Positions 19,119 to 30,690 of a DNA stretch of 64,000 nt are shown here, piece after piece; the first letter of the stretch is position 1; every line of letters starts with the position of its first letter. Both the position numbers and the translations under genes were made by a program. Below the pieces are notes generated by a model. It was not told the origin of the DNA. It was given only the letters and a program-made list of their open reading frames with translations, and did not search any database. The stretch comes from Macrostomum lignano (Eukaryota). The stretch is taken from assembly GCA_002269645.1 (NCBI GenBank), contig NIVC01001878.1:1-64000 (forward strand), given 5' to 3'.

Positions 19119-19411
19119 AATTCTTGAATTCCCCATGGGGGCTTAATACGCTAGTAGTCCCTAATTATTTTCTTGCTTGTTCTTTCCTATTCCAGGTCCA
19201 AATTTTGTCACTTGCAAAAAATAGCTTCTTAGTAACTCATATCACTGATTAACTATAAACAGAATAACATATAGGTCACTAGGGGCTCTACTTTATGAGC
19301 TCAAGTTGATAGGCCCTTTGTATATAGATCCCAGGGCCATAATAGGCTTAGATATAGATTAACCTAGTAGGCCCCCTAATGCCCTAAGTAGAACCTAATA
19401 TTGCAATAGGG

Positions 19412-19804
19412 TAGAGGTCGGACGGGATCCCGATCCCGATCCCGAAATCTCGGGATCCCGAGGAAAATTGAATTCCCGCGGGACCAGAATCCCGACCCTA
19501 AAAAAGTCGAGATTCGGGAACAGGTCTTTCGATTAATAATTTATAGAATTAGTGATTACTTAAAGGTATTTTGCTTCAACTTGTACTCGTTATATTATTT
19601 ACTTTGTTGGTTACAAAACTTCATATCAATTTTGTTGTGTTTTACTTCTTGATCTTGACAATCTTTTCTCAATTTTGTTTAACTTTACATGGACAATACA
19701 CTAAAAGACCTGATCCCGATTCCCGAATCCCGATCCCGATCCCGATCCCGAGAAAAAAATTATTCCCGATCCCGACCGAAGATTTCAATCCCGTCCGACC
19801 TCTA
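19412..19804. mobile_element. hAT-type MITE
   Basis: 17-bp TIR TAGAGGTCGGACGGGAT/ATCCCGTCCGACCTCTA, 8-bp TSD CAATAGGG, CCCGAT subterminal repeats. Confidence 0.9.
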
Positions 19805-21406
19805 CAATAGGGCCTACCATAGGCATAGGCTCATAATAGTTTAATTTTAGGACAAGACAAGACTAAGAAGGCTAAATAATAAATATTAGACCTAATAATT
19901 AATATTAATGGAAAACCCTATTTATACTTAGCCTAAAGGTTTATATTTAAAATGAGTAAAGTAAAGTCCAATCATTTCTATGAACAATCTAGACTTAGGA
20001 TGGTAGACTAGGCCTAGCTGCTATAAGTATACATCATAGGCATATATGTATGCCAAAAAGTTCCAGCATATAGAGGGATTTGGCGGCAATCTTCTAGTTT
20101 CACATGTTTAATTCAAAATATTTTTTTAAACAACAGTTAACGATAGATTTGTTTTATGTTTTATGCCTCAAAGGGCATAATAGTGTGCCACCCAGAAAAG
20201 GATGTTCCCAAAGGTATTGTGTAGGTAGCAGCAACACCAGAGAAATTTGTCCAAGTGAATTTTGAACAGGGCCTTGGACATGCCATACATGGCCCTGAAA
20301 CGGGCCTTAGCTTAGTGTATACCCATGTGCCCTCCACTGTGTTTGTGTAGACTTCTAGGTGGTTAGGATCCACAAAGTGCAGCTGATGGTTCACTATCAA
20401 ATGATTGGGTAGTTTAAATAATTAAAAATGCTTTAAAATAATTAAACATGCAAAACTAGAAGATTGTCGATTTGGCATATACCACTAGCATACAAATTTG
20501 CATAATAAGCCTACAGAGGGGCCTGGTATAGGCCTACATTGCATTACCTATATTTAGTATAGAGAGCCTACCTCTTGGCCTTGGGCTTGGTATATAGCCA
20601 TAGGTACAATACTAAATTTTGTGTATGTATATATTTTTGTTGAGTCCTAAGTTATTAATCTTATTTCATTGTCATCTATTTTTTCTTGTCATTTCTCAGA
20701 TATTAGGCACTAGGCCTATCTTGTGGTTGTGTTCAGTTGTTCAGTTCAGTAAAGTGAGTAGGCCTAACTAGGCCTAAGTTCAACCTTTTTTAAAGTCTAA
20801 CTTATGTCTCGAGCTTTCTAGTTTAACATTATATACATTCTCATACTTTACTAGAATAGATGTCTAGCAGTTGTTAAAAATGGGGATCACACCATACATT
20901 ACAATTCAGTATCACAATTTGCACATCATAGTATCGGGCACGGCTAGGCCTAGCAGGAGTGACTTACTAGACTTGGGGTCGTACATCTATAAAGCTGTTG
21001 TAGCGTAAGTTCGATCGTACGTCTTAAGTTTTACACTGCAGAGATAGGAGCTAAGAACGATCTTATCTTACGATGGCGTTATATAGAACGGGCCCATCTT
21101 TACTTTACATATAAAAAAATAGTCCATACAGCGCACTCGCAGGATAAAAATATCGACAATGGACGATAAACAACAGGAAAAAATCTTAATTTCTAACGTT
21201 ATTTCACTCTTTTAAGGTACAAGCTAATAATAATTATCTAATTAGTTTGTAATGCTATCTTAGAAATAAAACATTTTGTTTTACTTTTAAGTTTCTCGGC
21301 AAACATATATTAACGCACGGATTTAAGACATGAGATTTTTCTGTTTAATTCGTCCTTTCTGAATCTGCAATACACATTTCGCTGTTTCGGAAAATAAATT
21401 GCGGAG

Positions 21407-23308
21407 ATGGCATCTTCTGAGCCAACAAAAATCGAAAAAGTTGTGAAAATTAATTTATCTCGAGGAATTAACGACGAAGTCACGGTCGACATAGAACGCT
21501 TAGAAGATTTGTTTGTATTGGACGAGGAGGGAAACTCAATACGCTTCGGTGATCTATTCAAAGATAAGAAGACGGTTGTCGTCCTTCTCAGGGTATGAAA
21601 GTTGGAGTATTTTGAATGATCGAGCTACGGTATGAAAAATCATGGTTACTAAAAAGGCAATTATATTTCCCTGTATGCACTGTTTTAAGGCACTGCACAA
21701 GTCGTAGCGCTGATGAGGGGACTAAGATAGCATTACAAACGTTCAATTTGCACTGGATGTTCTTCACTCTCAGTTTATTGACGTCGACGATTTCCACTGA
21801 AATAAGCTGTGCTAAAAATAACCAATTAGCTTTCAGTGGCGCAACTAAGGGGGACAGGGTCAGTCGCCCCCTTTAGGTGGAGACCTGAAAAAATCAAAGG
21901 GGGTAGGGACCAAGCGCATTTTCGCCAAAATACAGAGGCTCCCTTCCGAACCCGGCTAGTTGCGCCACCGTTTTAGTTTTTTTTCTGTTGAAAGTCGCAC
22001 ATCAAATTTTGATATAAAGATTTGGGCTTTCTTTGCTTTGATTCGAAGAATCATCTATCTTCAAGTAAGTCCTTTTTAAATTTAGTACCACCTCTAAAAT
22101 TTTATCCGTTATTCTGCAGCATCCCCAGTGCTTCACGGCAAAAGAATACGCTGAGGACCTGGCAAAAATACCAGATGACTACCTTGAAAAGGGAAATGTG
22201 CAGCTCGTAACCATTGGGCCTCATGGGCCTGATCTGATTCCTGTACGTTTGACCCATTTTAACTCTTAAGAAATCTAAACACTAAAACAATGTTATTTGA
22301 GAAACGATCATTCCGAAATCCTCACAGATGTTCAGGGAGGAGACCGGATTCCGCCACGCTATGCTATGCGACCCAGACGCCGCAATCTACAAGGCGATCG
22401 GTTGCAAGTGCGACGAATTGAACGGCAACAATCAGGGTGGGTGCGGCGAGTGCCAGCATCGATTTTTGGAGGAGGGAGGGTTGAAAAGAGTTTTGAGGAA
22501 GCAAAATTCGAGGAATGTGAAGTTTCGGGTATTTATGAATTATGAGGTAACTTGAGGAATCTAAATAGTTGTAATAAATTCTTATCTAAACGGTTTTAGA
22601 TAATGCAAGTCTTCCTCTCTTCCACTCTCTACCTCTCTACTTCTACTTCTATCAGGCTCGATCACGCTCTCCCTCTCGCTCCATCTCTCCGCCTCTGACT
22701 CTACCTCTCTCTCTCACTCACCTATCTCTTTCCCTCACCCTTGTGTCTCTCCCTCTCCCCCATCTCTCCCCTCCCCCCCCATATCTCCCTCTCCCCATCT
22801 CCCTCCTCTCCCCCATCTATCCTTCTCTCCCCATCTCCCTCTCTCCTCTCTCCATTCTCCCCCGTCTCTCCCTGTCTTCCCCATGTCTCCCCTTTTCTCC
22901 CTCTCTCCTTTTGTCTCTTTGTACTTCTCCCAAGTCTCACTCCCTTTCCCACTGTCTTTCTCTCCCTTTTCGGCTCTCCCAAGGCATCATTTATATAGTT
23001 GTAAAACAGCAGTCAAGTGATTGTATTTTTTCTTTCAATATTTTCCAGACCCCACTACCAGCAAGCACGTGAAGTCTGGCTGGCTCTCCGGCATCCTCAG
23101 CAGCACCTACCGGGCCATGTGGTACCGCGACTTCAAGGCCAACTTGTTGCTAAACGGCGCCTGTCTGGTACTCGGGCCGGGCAAGCAGGTACACAGCAGC
23201 CACTTGGACAAGGGCATGTTCGACCAGATGCCAATCAATGCCATATTAGAGGCTGTCTGCGGGCTTACGATGAGCTTCCCTAAGGATAGGCGAGTCTTGA
23301 AAGTTTAA
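21407..23308 (+). CDS. PRXL2C: Peroxiredoxin-like 2C / AAED1 (AhpC-TSA-like thioredoxin fold), ~225 aa; exons 21407-21592, 22120-22242, 22328-22436, 23049-23308
   Basis: VVVLLR/HPQCFTAKEYAEDLAKIPDDYL...LVTIG, DPDAAIYKAIG, SKHVKSGWLSGILSS, GACLVLGPG, DQMPINAIL align by eye with human PRXL2C (RHFLCYICKEYVEDLAKIP, SPHIKS, GGTLILGPG, DHKPINSVL); GT-AG introns in consistent phase; exon 3 donor is the least certain. Confidence 0.88.
21834..21970. mobile_element. Small MITE in PRXL2C intron 1
   Basis: TIR CAGTGGCGCAACTA / TAGTTGCGCCACCG; no clear TSD. Confidence 0.55.
22615..22980. repeat. CT-rich low-complexity tract in PRXL2C intron 3
   Basis: Directly visible. Confidence 0.9.
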
Positions 23309-24007
23309 AATGATTTGTATAGAGTGGGGATGCTACACTCGCAAATTGTGTGAATTTCGTCAGAGGACAGCCGGTTGTCGCTGCATTAGAAATTGAGCAA
23401 GAAATCTTGCATTGTCACAACTCTGGACTTCAGAATTGCAAGTGAGGCAGATTTTTTTCTAATTTCGAGTCGGAATTTAAAAGAAGAATAATCAAATGTC
23501 ACTCGCAAAAAATGCGCTTATATTACTCTTTTCTCATGAGTAGCATACTAGCAAGCTGCGCCCCCCTTGGGGAGCCATGCACAAAGAAATGGAATACATT
23601 TTTTTTAATAAAGTACGTGTAGATTCTAAACTCAGCTTTGACATCTCAGATTCCCCCATAATCCTTGAAATCTCAGCAATACCTAAATCTAAGCCTTGAC
23701 ATCACAGTGCAGTAATTCCCCCATAAGCCTTGACATCTCAGCAATTCCCCCATTAAGCCTTGACATCTCAGCAATTCCCCCCAGTAAGCCTTGTGTAGTG
23801 ACTGTGCATCGGGCCTAGGTGTTGTAACTAACTAACTTTGAGGCTAGAATTGTTCAATTACTTTATATGCATCGTGCGTTCAATCATGGTATCGTTGTTT
23901 CGATTGCGTAACACTGTTTTCAACGTGCACATGAGTATAAATATATTGAGCGAGACTCAAGTGTCTCCAACTGAATTGAGTTTAATCAATCAACTAGAAC
24001 ACAACAA

Positions 24008-24805
24008 ATGGCGACGAGCGGACTTCCGTACCCAGCGGAGTTTCAACCAGTACCAGGCGAACCTCCTGTGCCATGGGCAAGGTGGATCAAGTCATTTGAG
24101 AACTTCCTGGTAGCTGGAGCTCTCGAAGAGGCATCAGAGAGTCGGAAAAAGGCGATCCTCCTGCATCTGCTTGGTGAGGAAGGACGCCGCCGAGCTGCAA
24201 ACGTCGATGCAAGCAAGTCGCTTCAGGAGACCAAAAAGGCACTGAAGGCGATTTTCAGCTCGTCGAGAAGCGTCATAGCAGAGCGCTTCGCCTTTCGGCA
24301 GCGAGCCCAGCACGACGGCGAGAGCATCGGAGACTACGTGATGGCCCTGAGAGAACTGGCAACAAACTGCAAATTTGACACCTTTCACGACGAAATGATT
24401 CGAGACCAACTTGTGGAGAAAACCTGCGTACCTCGCATTAGGGAAAGACTCCTGATGGAGGAGGACGATCTGACGCTAGATGACGCCATCAAGAAGGCTG
24501 AGCGAATCGAAGCAGCCATCAAAGATGCCAAGCAGGTCAGCGGCCCAGAGCTCCACGTGAAGGCGCTGAGCAAGAAGCCGAAGCCAGCTGCTCGCCATGA
24601 GAAGACCGCAGCAGCAGGTCCAAAGTGCACTCGATGCGGAGGCAACCACGGACACAAGGGCGAATGCAAGGCGATGGGCCAGAAATGCAGACGATGCGGC
24701 AAGGCGAACCATTTCGCGAAAATGTGCCGCATGAAAGCGGTCTCTGCGATCGACACCAAAGAGCCTGCAGAGTCCAGTCTGACGGTCCTGGCCGTGAACA
24801 ACTAG
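24008..24805 (+). CDS. gag: Gag of the Mag-like element (capsid-like region plus two Cys/His knuckles)
   Basis: WARWIKSFENF..., ERFAFRQRAQHDGESIGDYVMALRELATNCKF, EMIRDQLV, CTRCGGNH...C...CRRCGKANHFAKMC. Confidence 0.92.
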   Translation: MATSGLPYPAEFQPVPGEPPVPWARWIKSFENFLVAGALEEASESRKKAILLHLLGEEGRRRAANVDASKSLQETKKALKAIFSSSRSVIAERFAFRQRAQHDGESIGDYVMALRELATNCKFDTFHDEMIRDQLVEKTCVPRIRERLLMEEDDLTLDDAIKKAERIEAAIKDAKQVSGPELHVKALSKKPKPAARHEKTAAAGPKCTRCGGNHGHKGECKAMGQKCRRCGKANHFAKMCRMKAVSAIDTKEPAESSLTVLAVNN

Positions 24806-27800
24806 AGCACAGACAGCTTATTCTGCGAATGCCGTCTGGGCGGACAGCTGATTCGACTGCAAATCGACTGCGGTGCTGCCGTTTCGTTGCTCAACATGGA
24901 GACGTTCAAGAAGTCCTTCGCTAGGCACCCGCTGCTTCCGACGAGCACAAAACTGGAGGCATACGGCGGATCTGCGATCAAGACCATCGGCAAGGTCGAG
25001 CTTCCAGTGACGTTCAACGGCATCAGGACAGAAGCCACATTCTACGTCGCCGACAAAGGAGCGAACATCCTGGGCCGCGACCTGTTTCAGGCCCTCGGAT
25101 TCAAAATCTTCCAAGGTGACAACAGAGTGATGAGCATCAGCGAGACTACGATCGAGCGCGACTTCCCCGGAATCTTCGACGGTCTGGGCCGGTCCAAGAG
25201 CTTCATTCACCGGACAAAGATCGACGCCTCGGTCAAGCCAGTGTCTCAGCCAATGCGGAAGCTGCCGATCGGCCTGAAGGACGAAGTGACGTCAGAGATC
25301 AGCCGGATGGAGCAACAGGGCATCATTGAGAAGGTCGACGCGTCCGAGTGGGTTAGCAACGTTGTCGTGACGCGCAAGAAGGAGTCCAACAAGGTTCGTC
25401 TCTGCGTGGATCTGCGGCAGGTCAACAAGGCGGTGATCGCGGACCGCTATCCGGTACCGTCAATCGAGGACCTATCGGCCAGCATCAACGGCTCGAAGTG
25501 CTTCAGCAAGCTGGACCTGCGTCAAGGCTACCAGCAGATTCCGCTGCATCCAGACTCTCGAGGACTGACGTGCTTCATCACCGATGCCGGCCTGTACCAG
25601 TTCACCGTGGTGCCATTCGGGCTATCTAGCTCCGGAGCTGCCTTCCAGCGAGCCCTGCAGACGGTGCTTCGAGGAGCTCCTGGCGCCATCAACATCGTGG
25701 ACGACATCCTGGTGCACGGCAAGGACGAGACTGAGCACGACAAGAACCTCCGAGAAGTCCTAGGGCGGATTCATCGCGAAGGCTTCACACTCAATCGAGA
25801 GAAGTGCAAATTCCGGCAGGCGAGCGTGGATTTCTTCGGATTGGTCATCTCTGCAGACGGCATCAAACCGACCAAGTGCAACGTCGACGCAATTCTAAGA
25901 ATTCCTGAGCCATCAACGGTCGCGCAAATTCAATCGTTTCTCGGGGCAGTGAACTTTTTGCACAAGTTCATACCGCATTACTCAGCAATTGCCGAGCCTC
26001 TGAGACAACTGCTCAAAAGGGACGCGGACTGGCACTGGGGTGAGCGGGAACGTACAGCCTTCCGTACACTCAAGTCAGCCGTAACCAGCAGCCCAGTGTT
26101 AGCTCATTTTGACTGCCAAGCTGAGACGTACGTCACCTGCGATGCAAGTCTAGACGGACTGGGGGCAGTGCTCAGCCAAGTACAAAACGAAAAAGAGGTG
26201 CCAATCGCGTTCGCATCGAGAGCACTCAGCCCAGCGGAAAAGCGATACTCAGCCGGAGAGCGAGAAGCCCTGGCCTGTGTATGGAGCATCGAACGCTGGC
26301 ACTACTATCTATACGGCAGACGAGTAACGCTGCGCACCGACCACAAGGCCCTGACAACTCTGCTCGACTCGAAAGGCATGGGGCACAGGCCTCTTCGCAT
26401 TCATCGATGGGTCGAGAGACTTCGCGGCTACGACGTCCGGTTTGAGCACATCCCTGGCGCTGACAACAAGTGCGCGGACATGCTGTCCAGATGGGCCACG
26501 ACGGAGCGCGTTCCAGCCGAGGAGACCGACGAGGAGGGCTACGTCTACGCAGTCGTCGACTCGAAGACAACGCTGACGGCAGACGCACTGGCAACGGCGA
26601 CCAAGGAGGACGAAGTGCTGCAGGCGGTTTTGCAGTACATCTCGGGCGAGTGGCCAACGAAGGTGGACAGCTCTCTAAAGCCGTACTTCAACGTCCGGGA
26701 CGAGCTGTTCTGCTGGAACAACGGTCAGTGCCTCGGTCGTGGTGAACGCGCGATCATCCCGACGAGCCTGCGACTTCAAGTCATCGAGGAGGCCCACGAA
26801 GGGCATCCGGGCGTCGTTCGGTCAAAGCAGCGGTGCCGCGACACGGTCTGGTTTCCTGGAATTGACCGGCAGGTGGAGGACTACGTCAAGAACTGCACGG
26901 CCTGCACTCTGGCGGAGAAGTCCGGCAAGCCTCAACAGACGATCGTGACACCAATCGAGTGGCCAGATGGACCGTGGGACAAGGTCGAGATCGACATCTT
27001 CGGCGAGGTCGCCGCGGCTCCTCGACACCAGCGGTTTCTACTGGTGATCCACGACCTGTACAGCAAGTGGCCGGAGATTGCAGCCATGGAAACCGTCACC
27101 TCTGCCAACATCATCAAGACGCTTCGGAAGCTATTCGGCCGGTGGGGAGTCCCGAAGATGCTGATCAGCGACAACGGACCCCAGTTCGTCAGCGACGAGT
27201 TCGAAGAGTTCCTGCGAGCCGAGGGCATCAAGCACAGCCGAGTGAGCCGGTACTACCCGCAAGGCAACGGCGGAGTCGAGCGATTCAACCGGAGTCTGAA
27301 GGAGGGCCTGGCAGCGAACCTGAGGGCGGGAGCGAAGTTCGAGGACGCTATCGACCTGGTGCTCAAGACCTACAGGACCAGCCAGCACGCTCTCACCGGG
27401 CTGACTCCAGCCGAGCTGATGATCGGGCGCAAGCTGCGGTCCGGACTGCAGCTGCTCAGGCCAACTCCAGTGCAACAGCGGGACGACAGCGACCTGCGAG
27501 ACAGTATCGCACAGAGGCAAGCCAAGAATGCCGACTACACCAACAAGCGAAGGCGAGCTCGTGACTCTATGCTCCAGGCCGGAGACTGGGTCTGGCGACA
27601 GACGCCGCACCGAGCGCACAAGCTGGCGACCCGACTGAAGGAACCGCTAAAGATCGCCTCCAAAGCAGGGCGCAACACCTTCGTGCTGTCCGACGGTACA
27701 AAGTGGCAAGCGAGTCGGCTGGTTAAGTGCAGCAGCCCACCGGCTGACAACGGCGCGGCCGACCAAGAGGACGACTGGTTCGATTTGCCGCTGCCGCCGG

Positions 27801-27910
27801 CTCCGCCCCCACGGACGGGCGAGCCGCCACCTCCACCTGAACGTCGAAGGTCAACTCGAGCTCGACGGCAACCGGCGCGTTATCCTCTTCCGGAAGGGGG
27901 GAGAATGTAG
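24806..27910 (+). CDS. pol: Pol (aspartic protease-RT-RNase H-integrase) of the Mag-like element, same frame as gag after a UAG
   Basis: PR motif IDCGA lies upstream of the first ATG (24887); RT LCVDLR..N, KLDL..GY.Q, PFG, VDDIL; RH CDAS..GLGAVL, EREALA, TDHK; IN HHCC (H..H...C..C) and D-D-E (HDLYSK, SDNGPQF, GVERFN). Confidence 0.95.
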   Translation, partial: STDSLFCECRLGGQLIRLQIDCGAAVSLLNMETFKKSFARHPLLPTSTKLEAYGGSAIKTIGKVELPVTFNGIRTEATFYVADKGANILGRDLFQALGFKIFQGDNRVMSISETTIERDFPGIFDGLGRSKSFIHRTKIDASVKPVSQPMRKLPIGLKDEVTSEISRMEQQGIIEKVDASEWVSNVVVTRKKESNKVRLCVDLRQVNKAVIADRYPVPSIEDLSASINGSKCFSKLDLRQGYQQIPLHPDSRGLTCFITDAGLYQFTVVPFGLSSSGAAFQRALQTVLRGAPGAINIVDDILVHGKDETEHDKNLREVLGRIHREGFTLNREKCKFRQASVDFFGLVISADGIKPTKCNVDAILRIPEPSTVAQIQSFLGAVNFLHKFIPHYSAIAEPLRQLLKRDADWHWGERERTAFRTLKSAVTSSPVLAHFDCQAETYVTCDASLDGLGAVLSQVQNEKEVPIAFASRALSPAEKRYSAGEREALACVWSIERWHYYLYGRRVTLRTDHKALTTLLDSKGMGHRPLRIHRWVERLRGYDVRFEHIPGADNKCADMLSRWATTERVPAEETDEEGYVYAVVDSKTTLTADALATATKEDEVLQAVLQYISGEWPTKVDSSLKPYFNVRDELFCWNNGQCLGRGERAIIPTSLRLQVIEEAHEGHPGVVRSKQRCRDTVWFPGIDRQVEDYVKNCTACTLAEKSGKPQQTIVTPIEWPDGPWDKVEIDIFGEVAAAPRHQRFLLVIHDLYSKWPEIAAMETVTSANIIKTLRKLFGRWGVPKMLISDNGPQFVSDEFEEFLRAEGIKHSRVSRYYPQGNGGVERFNRSLKEGLAANLRAGAKFEDAIDLVLKTYRTSQHALTGLTPAELMIGRKLRSGLQLLRPTPVQQRDDSDLRDSIAQRQAKNADYTNKRRRARDSMLQAGDWVWRQTPHRAHKLATRLKEPLKIASKAGRNTFVLSDGTKWQASRLVKCSSPPADNGAADQEDDWFDLPLPPAPPPRTGEPPPPPERRRSTRARRQPARYPLPEGGRM

Positions 27911-30690
27911 TGACTGTGCATCGGGCCTAGGTGTTGTAACTAACTAACTTTGAGGCTAGAATTGTTCAATTACTTTATATGCATCGTGCGTTCAATCATG
28001 GTATCGTTGTTTCGATTGCGTAACACTGTTTTCAACGTGCACATGAGTATAAATATATTGAGCGAGACTCAAGTGTCTCCAACTGAATTGAGTTTAATCA
28101 ATCAACTAGAACACAACACCTTGACAACTCAGCAATTCCCCCCAGTAAGCCTTGACATCTCAGCAATTCCCCCAGTAAGCCTTGACATCTCAGCAATTCC
28201 CCCCAGTAAGCCTTGACATCTCAGCAATTCCCCCCAGTAAGGCTTGACATCTCAGCAATTCCCCCAGTAAGCCTTGACATCTCGGCAATTCCCCCCGGTA
28301 AGCCTTGACATCTCGGCAATTCCCCCCAGTCAAGCCTTGACATCTCGGCAATTCCCCCCGGTAAGCCTTGACATCTCAGCAATTCCCCCAGTAAGCCTTG
28401 ACATCTCAGCAATTCCCCCAGTAAGCCTTGACATCACAGTGCAGTAATTCCCCCAGTAAGCCTTGACATCTCACCAATTCCCCCAGTAAGCCTTGACATC
28501 TCAGCAATTCCCCCAGTAAGCCTTGACAACTCAGCAATTCCCCCAGTAAGCCTTGACATCTCAGCAATTCCCCCAGTAAGCCTTGACATCTCAGCAATTC
28601 CCCCAGTAAGCCTTGACAACTCAGCAATTCCCCCCAGTAAGCCTTGACATCTCAGCAATTCCCCCAGTAAGCCTTGACATCTCAGCAATTCCCCCAGTAA
28701 GCCTTGACATCACAGTGCAGTAATTCCCCCATAAGCCTTGACATCTCAGCAATTCCCCCAGTAAGCCTTGACATCTCAGCAATTCCCCCAGTAAGCCTTG
28801 ACAACTCAGCAATTCCCCCCAGTAAGCCTTGACAACTCAGCAATTCCCCCCAGTAAGCCTTGACATCTCAGCAATTCCCCCAGTAAGCCTTGACAACTCA
28901 GATTCCTCCTATAAGCCTTGACATCTCAGCAATTCCCCCAGTAAGCCTTGACAACTCAACAATTCCCCCCAGTAAGCCTTGAAAACTCAGCAATTCCCCC
29001 AGTAAGCCTTGACATCTCAGCAATTCCCCCAGTAAGCCTTGACAACTCAGCAATTCCCCCCAGTAAGCCTTGACATCTCAGCAATTCCCCCAGTAAGCCT
29101 TGACATCTCAGCAATTCCCCCAGTAAGCCTTGACATCTCAGATTCCTCCTATAAGCCTTGACATATCAGCAATTCCCCCAGTAAGCCTTGACAACTCAGC
29201 AATTCCCCCCAGTAAGGCTTGACATCTCAGCAATTCCCCCCAGTAAGCCTTGACATCTCAGCAATTCCCCCAGTAAGCCTTGACATCTCAGCAATTCCCC
29301 CAGTAAGCCTTGACATCTCAGCAATTCCCCCAGTAAGCCTTGACATCTCGGCAATTCCCCCCGGTAAGCCTTGACATCTCGGCAATTCCCCCCAGTCAAG
29401 CCTTGACATCTCGGCAATTCCCCCCGGTAAGCCTTGACATCTCAGCAATTCCCCCAGTAAGCCTTGACATCTCAGCAATTCCCCCAGTAAGCCTTGACAT
29501 CACAGTGCAGTAATTCCCCCAGTAAGCCTTGACATCTCACCAATTCCCCCAGTAAGCCTTGACATCTCAGCAATTCCCCCAGTAAGCCTTGACATCTCAG
29601 CAATTCCCCCAGTAAGCCTTGACATCTCAGATTCCTCCTATAAGCCTTGACATATCAGCAATTCCCCCAGTAAGCCTTGACAACTCAGCAATTCCCCCCA
29701 GTAAGCCTTGACAACTCAGCAATTCCCCCCCAGTAAGCCTTGACATCTCAGCAATTCCCCCCAGTAAGCCTTGACATCTCAGCAATTCCCCCAGTAAGCC
29801 TTGACATCTCAGATTCCTCCTATAAGCCTTGACATATCAGCAATTCCCCCAGTAGGCCTTGACATCTCAGCAATTCCCCCAGTAAGCCTTGACAACTCAG
29901 CAATTCCCCCAGTAAGCCTTAACATCTCAGCAATTCCCCCAGTCAAGCCTTGACATCTCAGCAATTCCCCCAGTAAGCCTTGACATCTCAGCAATTCCCC
30001 CAGTAAGCCTTGACATCTCAGCAATTCTCCAGTAAGTCACATCGGCTTGTGAAACATATCTCAGACAAAATGCTTACTTGCTTCATTTGGAATTTGAAAG
30101 TCCAGAATATGTGAGGGTACACGTTGAAGCAATTTTAGTTCCAAAGAGACTGAAAACGCCGCGTAAAACTGCATGGCCTCCGCCCTCCGGAGAAATTTGG
30201 CGCATTTAAACCGAAGTGTAGTCTGGCGTTGCAGTGGACCGAAATGTTATACTGTTAATTTGTTTTTTTTACTAGACATTTGCCTTCTTTAATTACGCGT
30301 ACACAAACGTAATTCTTTTTAGCTGATAAATTAATTTTAATTTGATGCAATTCATAAATTGCACAGACAACATTTTTTCATCTGCAATGATCTCATGGAT
30401 AGTTTAGCGCGATATGCCGATATTACTAAAACCAAGCTTGGAACATTTTTCTGTCACCTGCAAAAGTCTTTTGACGCACTAATATAGTCCTCAGTCTCAA
30501 GCAATTAAGCAATTAATTAAACTGCTGCAATTCTTTTATTTGTAGAAAAGTGCTTCATCATTTCCTACTTAATGGTTCAATCTTACGGCATGCATTTTAA
30601 ATGTTGTCGCGCCTTTCTTATTCATTTCTTTAGTTCGTCAGCATTGATTGGTCTCTGTCTACTCTGTGTTCTCTCTTATCTGTTACTTTA

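Larger units (their letters stand above)
23794..28118 (+). mobile_element. Complete Ty3/Gypsy LTR retrotransposon, Mag-clade-like, 4325 bp
   Basis: 213-bp LTRs (23794-24006, 27906-28118) with no difference seen, TG...CA ends, 5-bp TSD CCTTG, PBS TGGCGACGAG at 24009-24018 (complementary to the tRNA-Ser GCU 3' end), PPT GGAAGGGGGGAGAA ending at 27905, gag then PR-RT-RH-IN. Confidence 0.97.
23630..30030. repeat. 30-bp satellite (CCTTGACATCTCAGCAATTCCCCCAGTAAG) at 23630-23793 and 28119-30030, interrupted by the Mag-type LTR element
   Basis: More than 60 copies visible; the same unit lies on both sides of the insertion. Confidence 0.95.

Noticed and set aside
23838-24113. 91-aa ORF, repeated at 27950
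   Set aside because: Incidental ORF from a TTG start in the LTR sequence
28221-30024. Multiple LLRCQG/GGIAEMSRLT ORFs
   Set aside because: 30-bp satellite translations
30078-30086. Possible minus-strand micro-exon ATG AAG CAA/GTAAGC that could splice across the satellite to ~23455
   Set aside because: The joined peptide is short (~35 aa) with no recognisable homology; unsupported without RNA data
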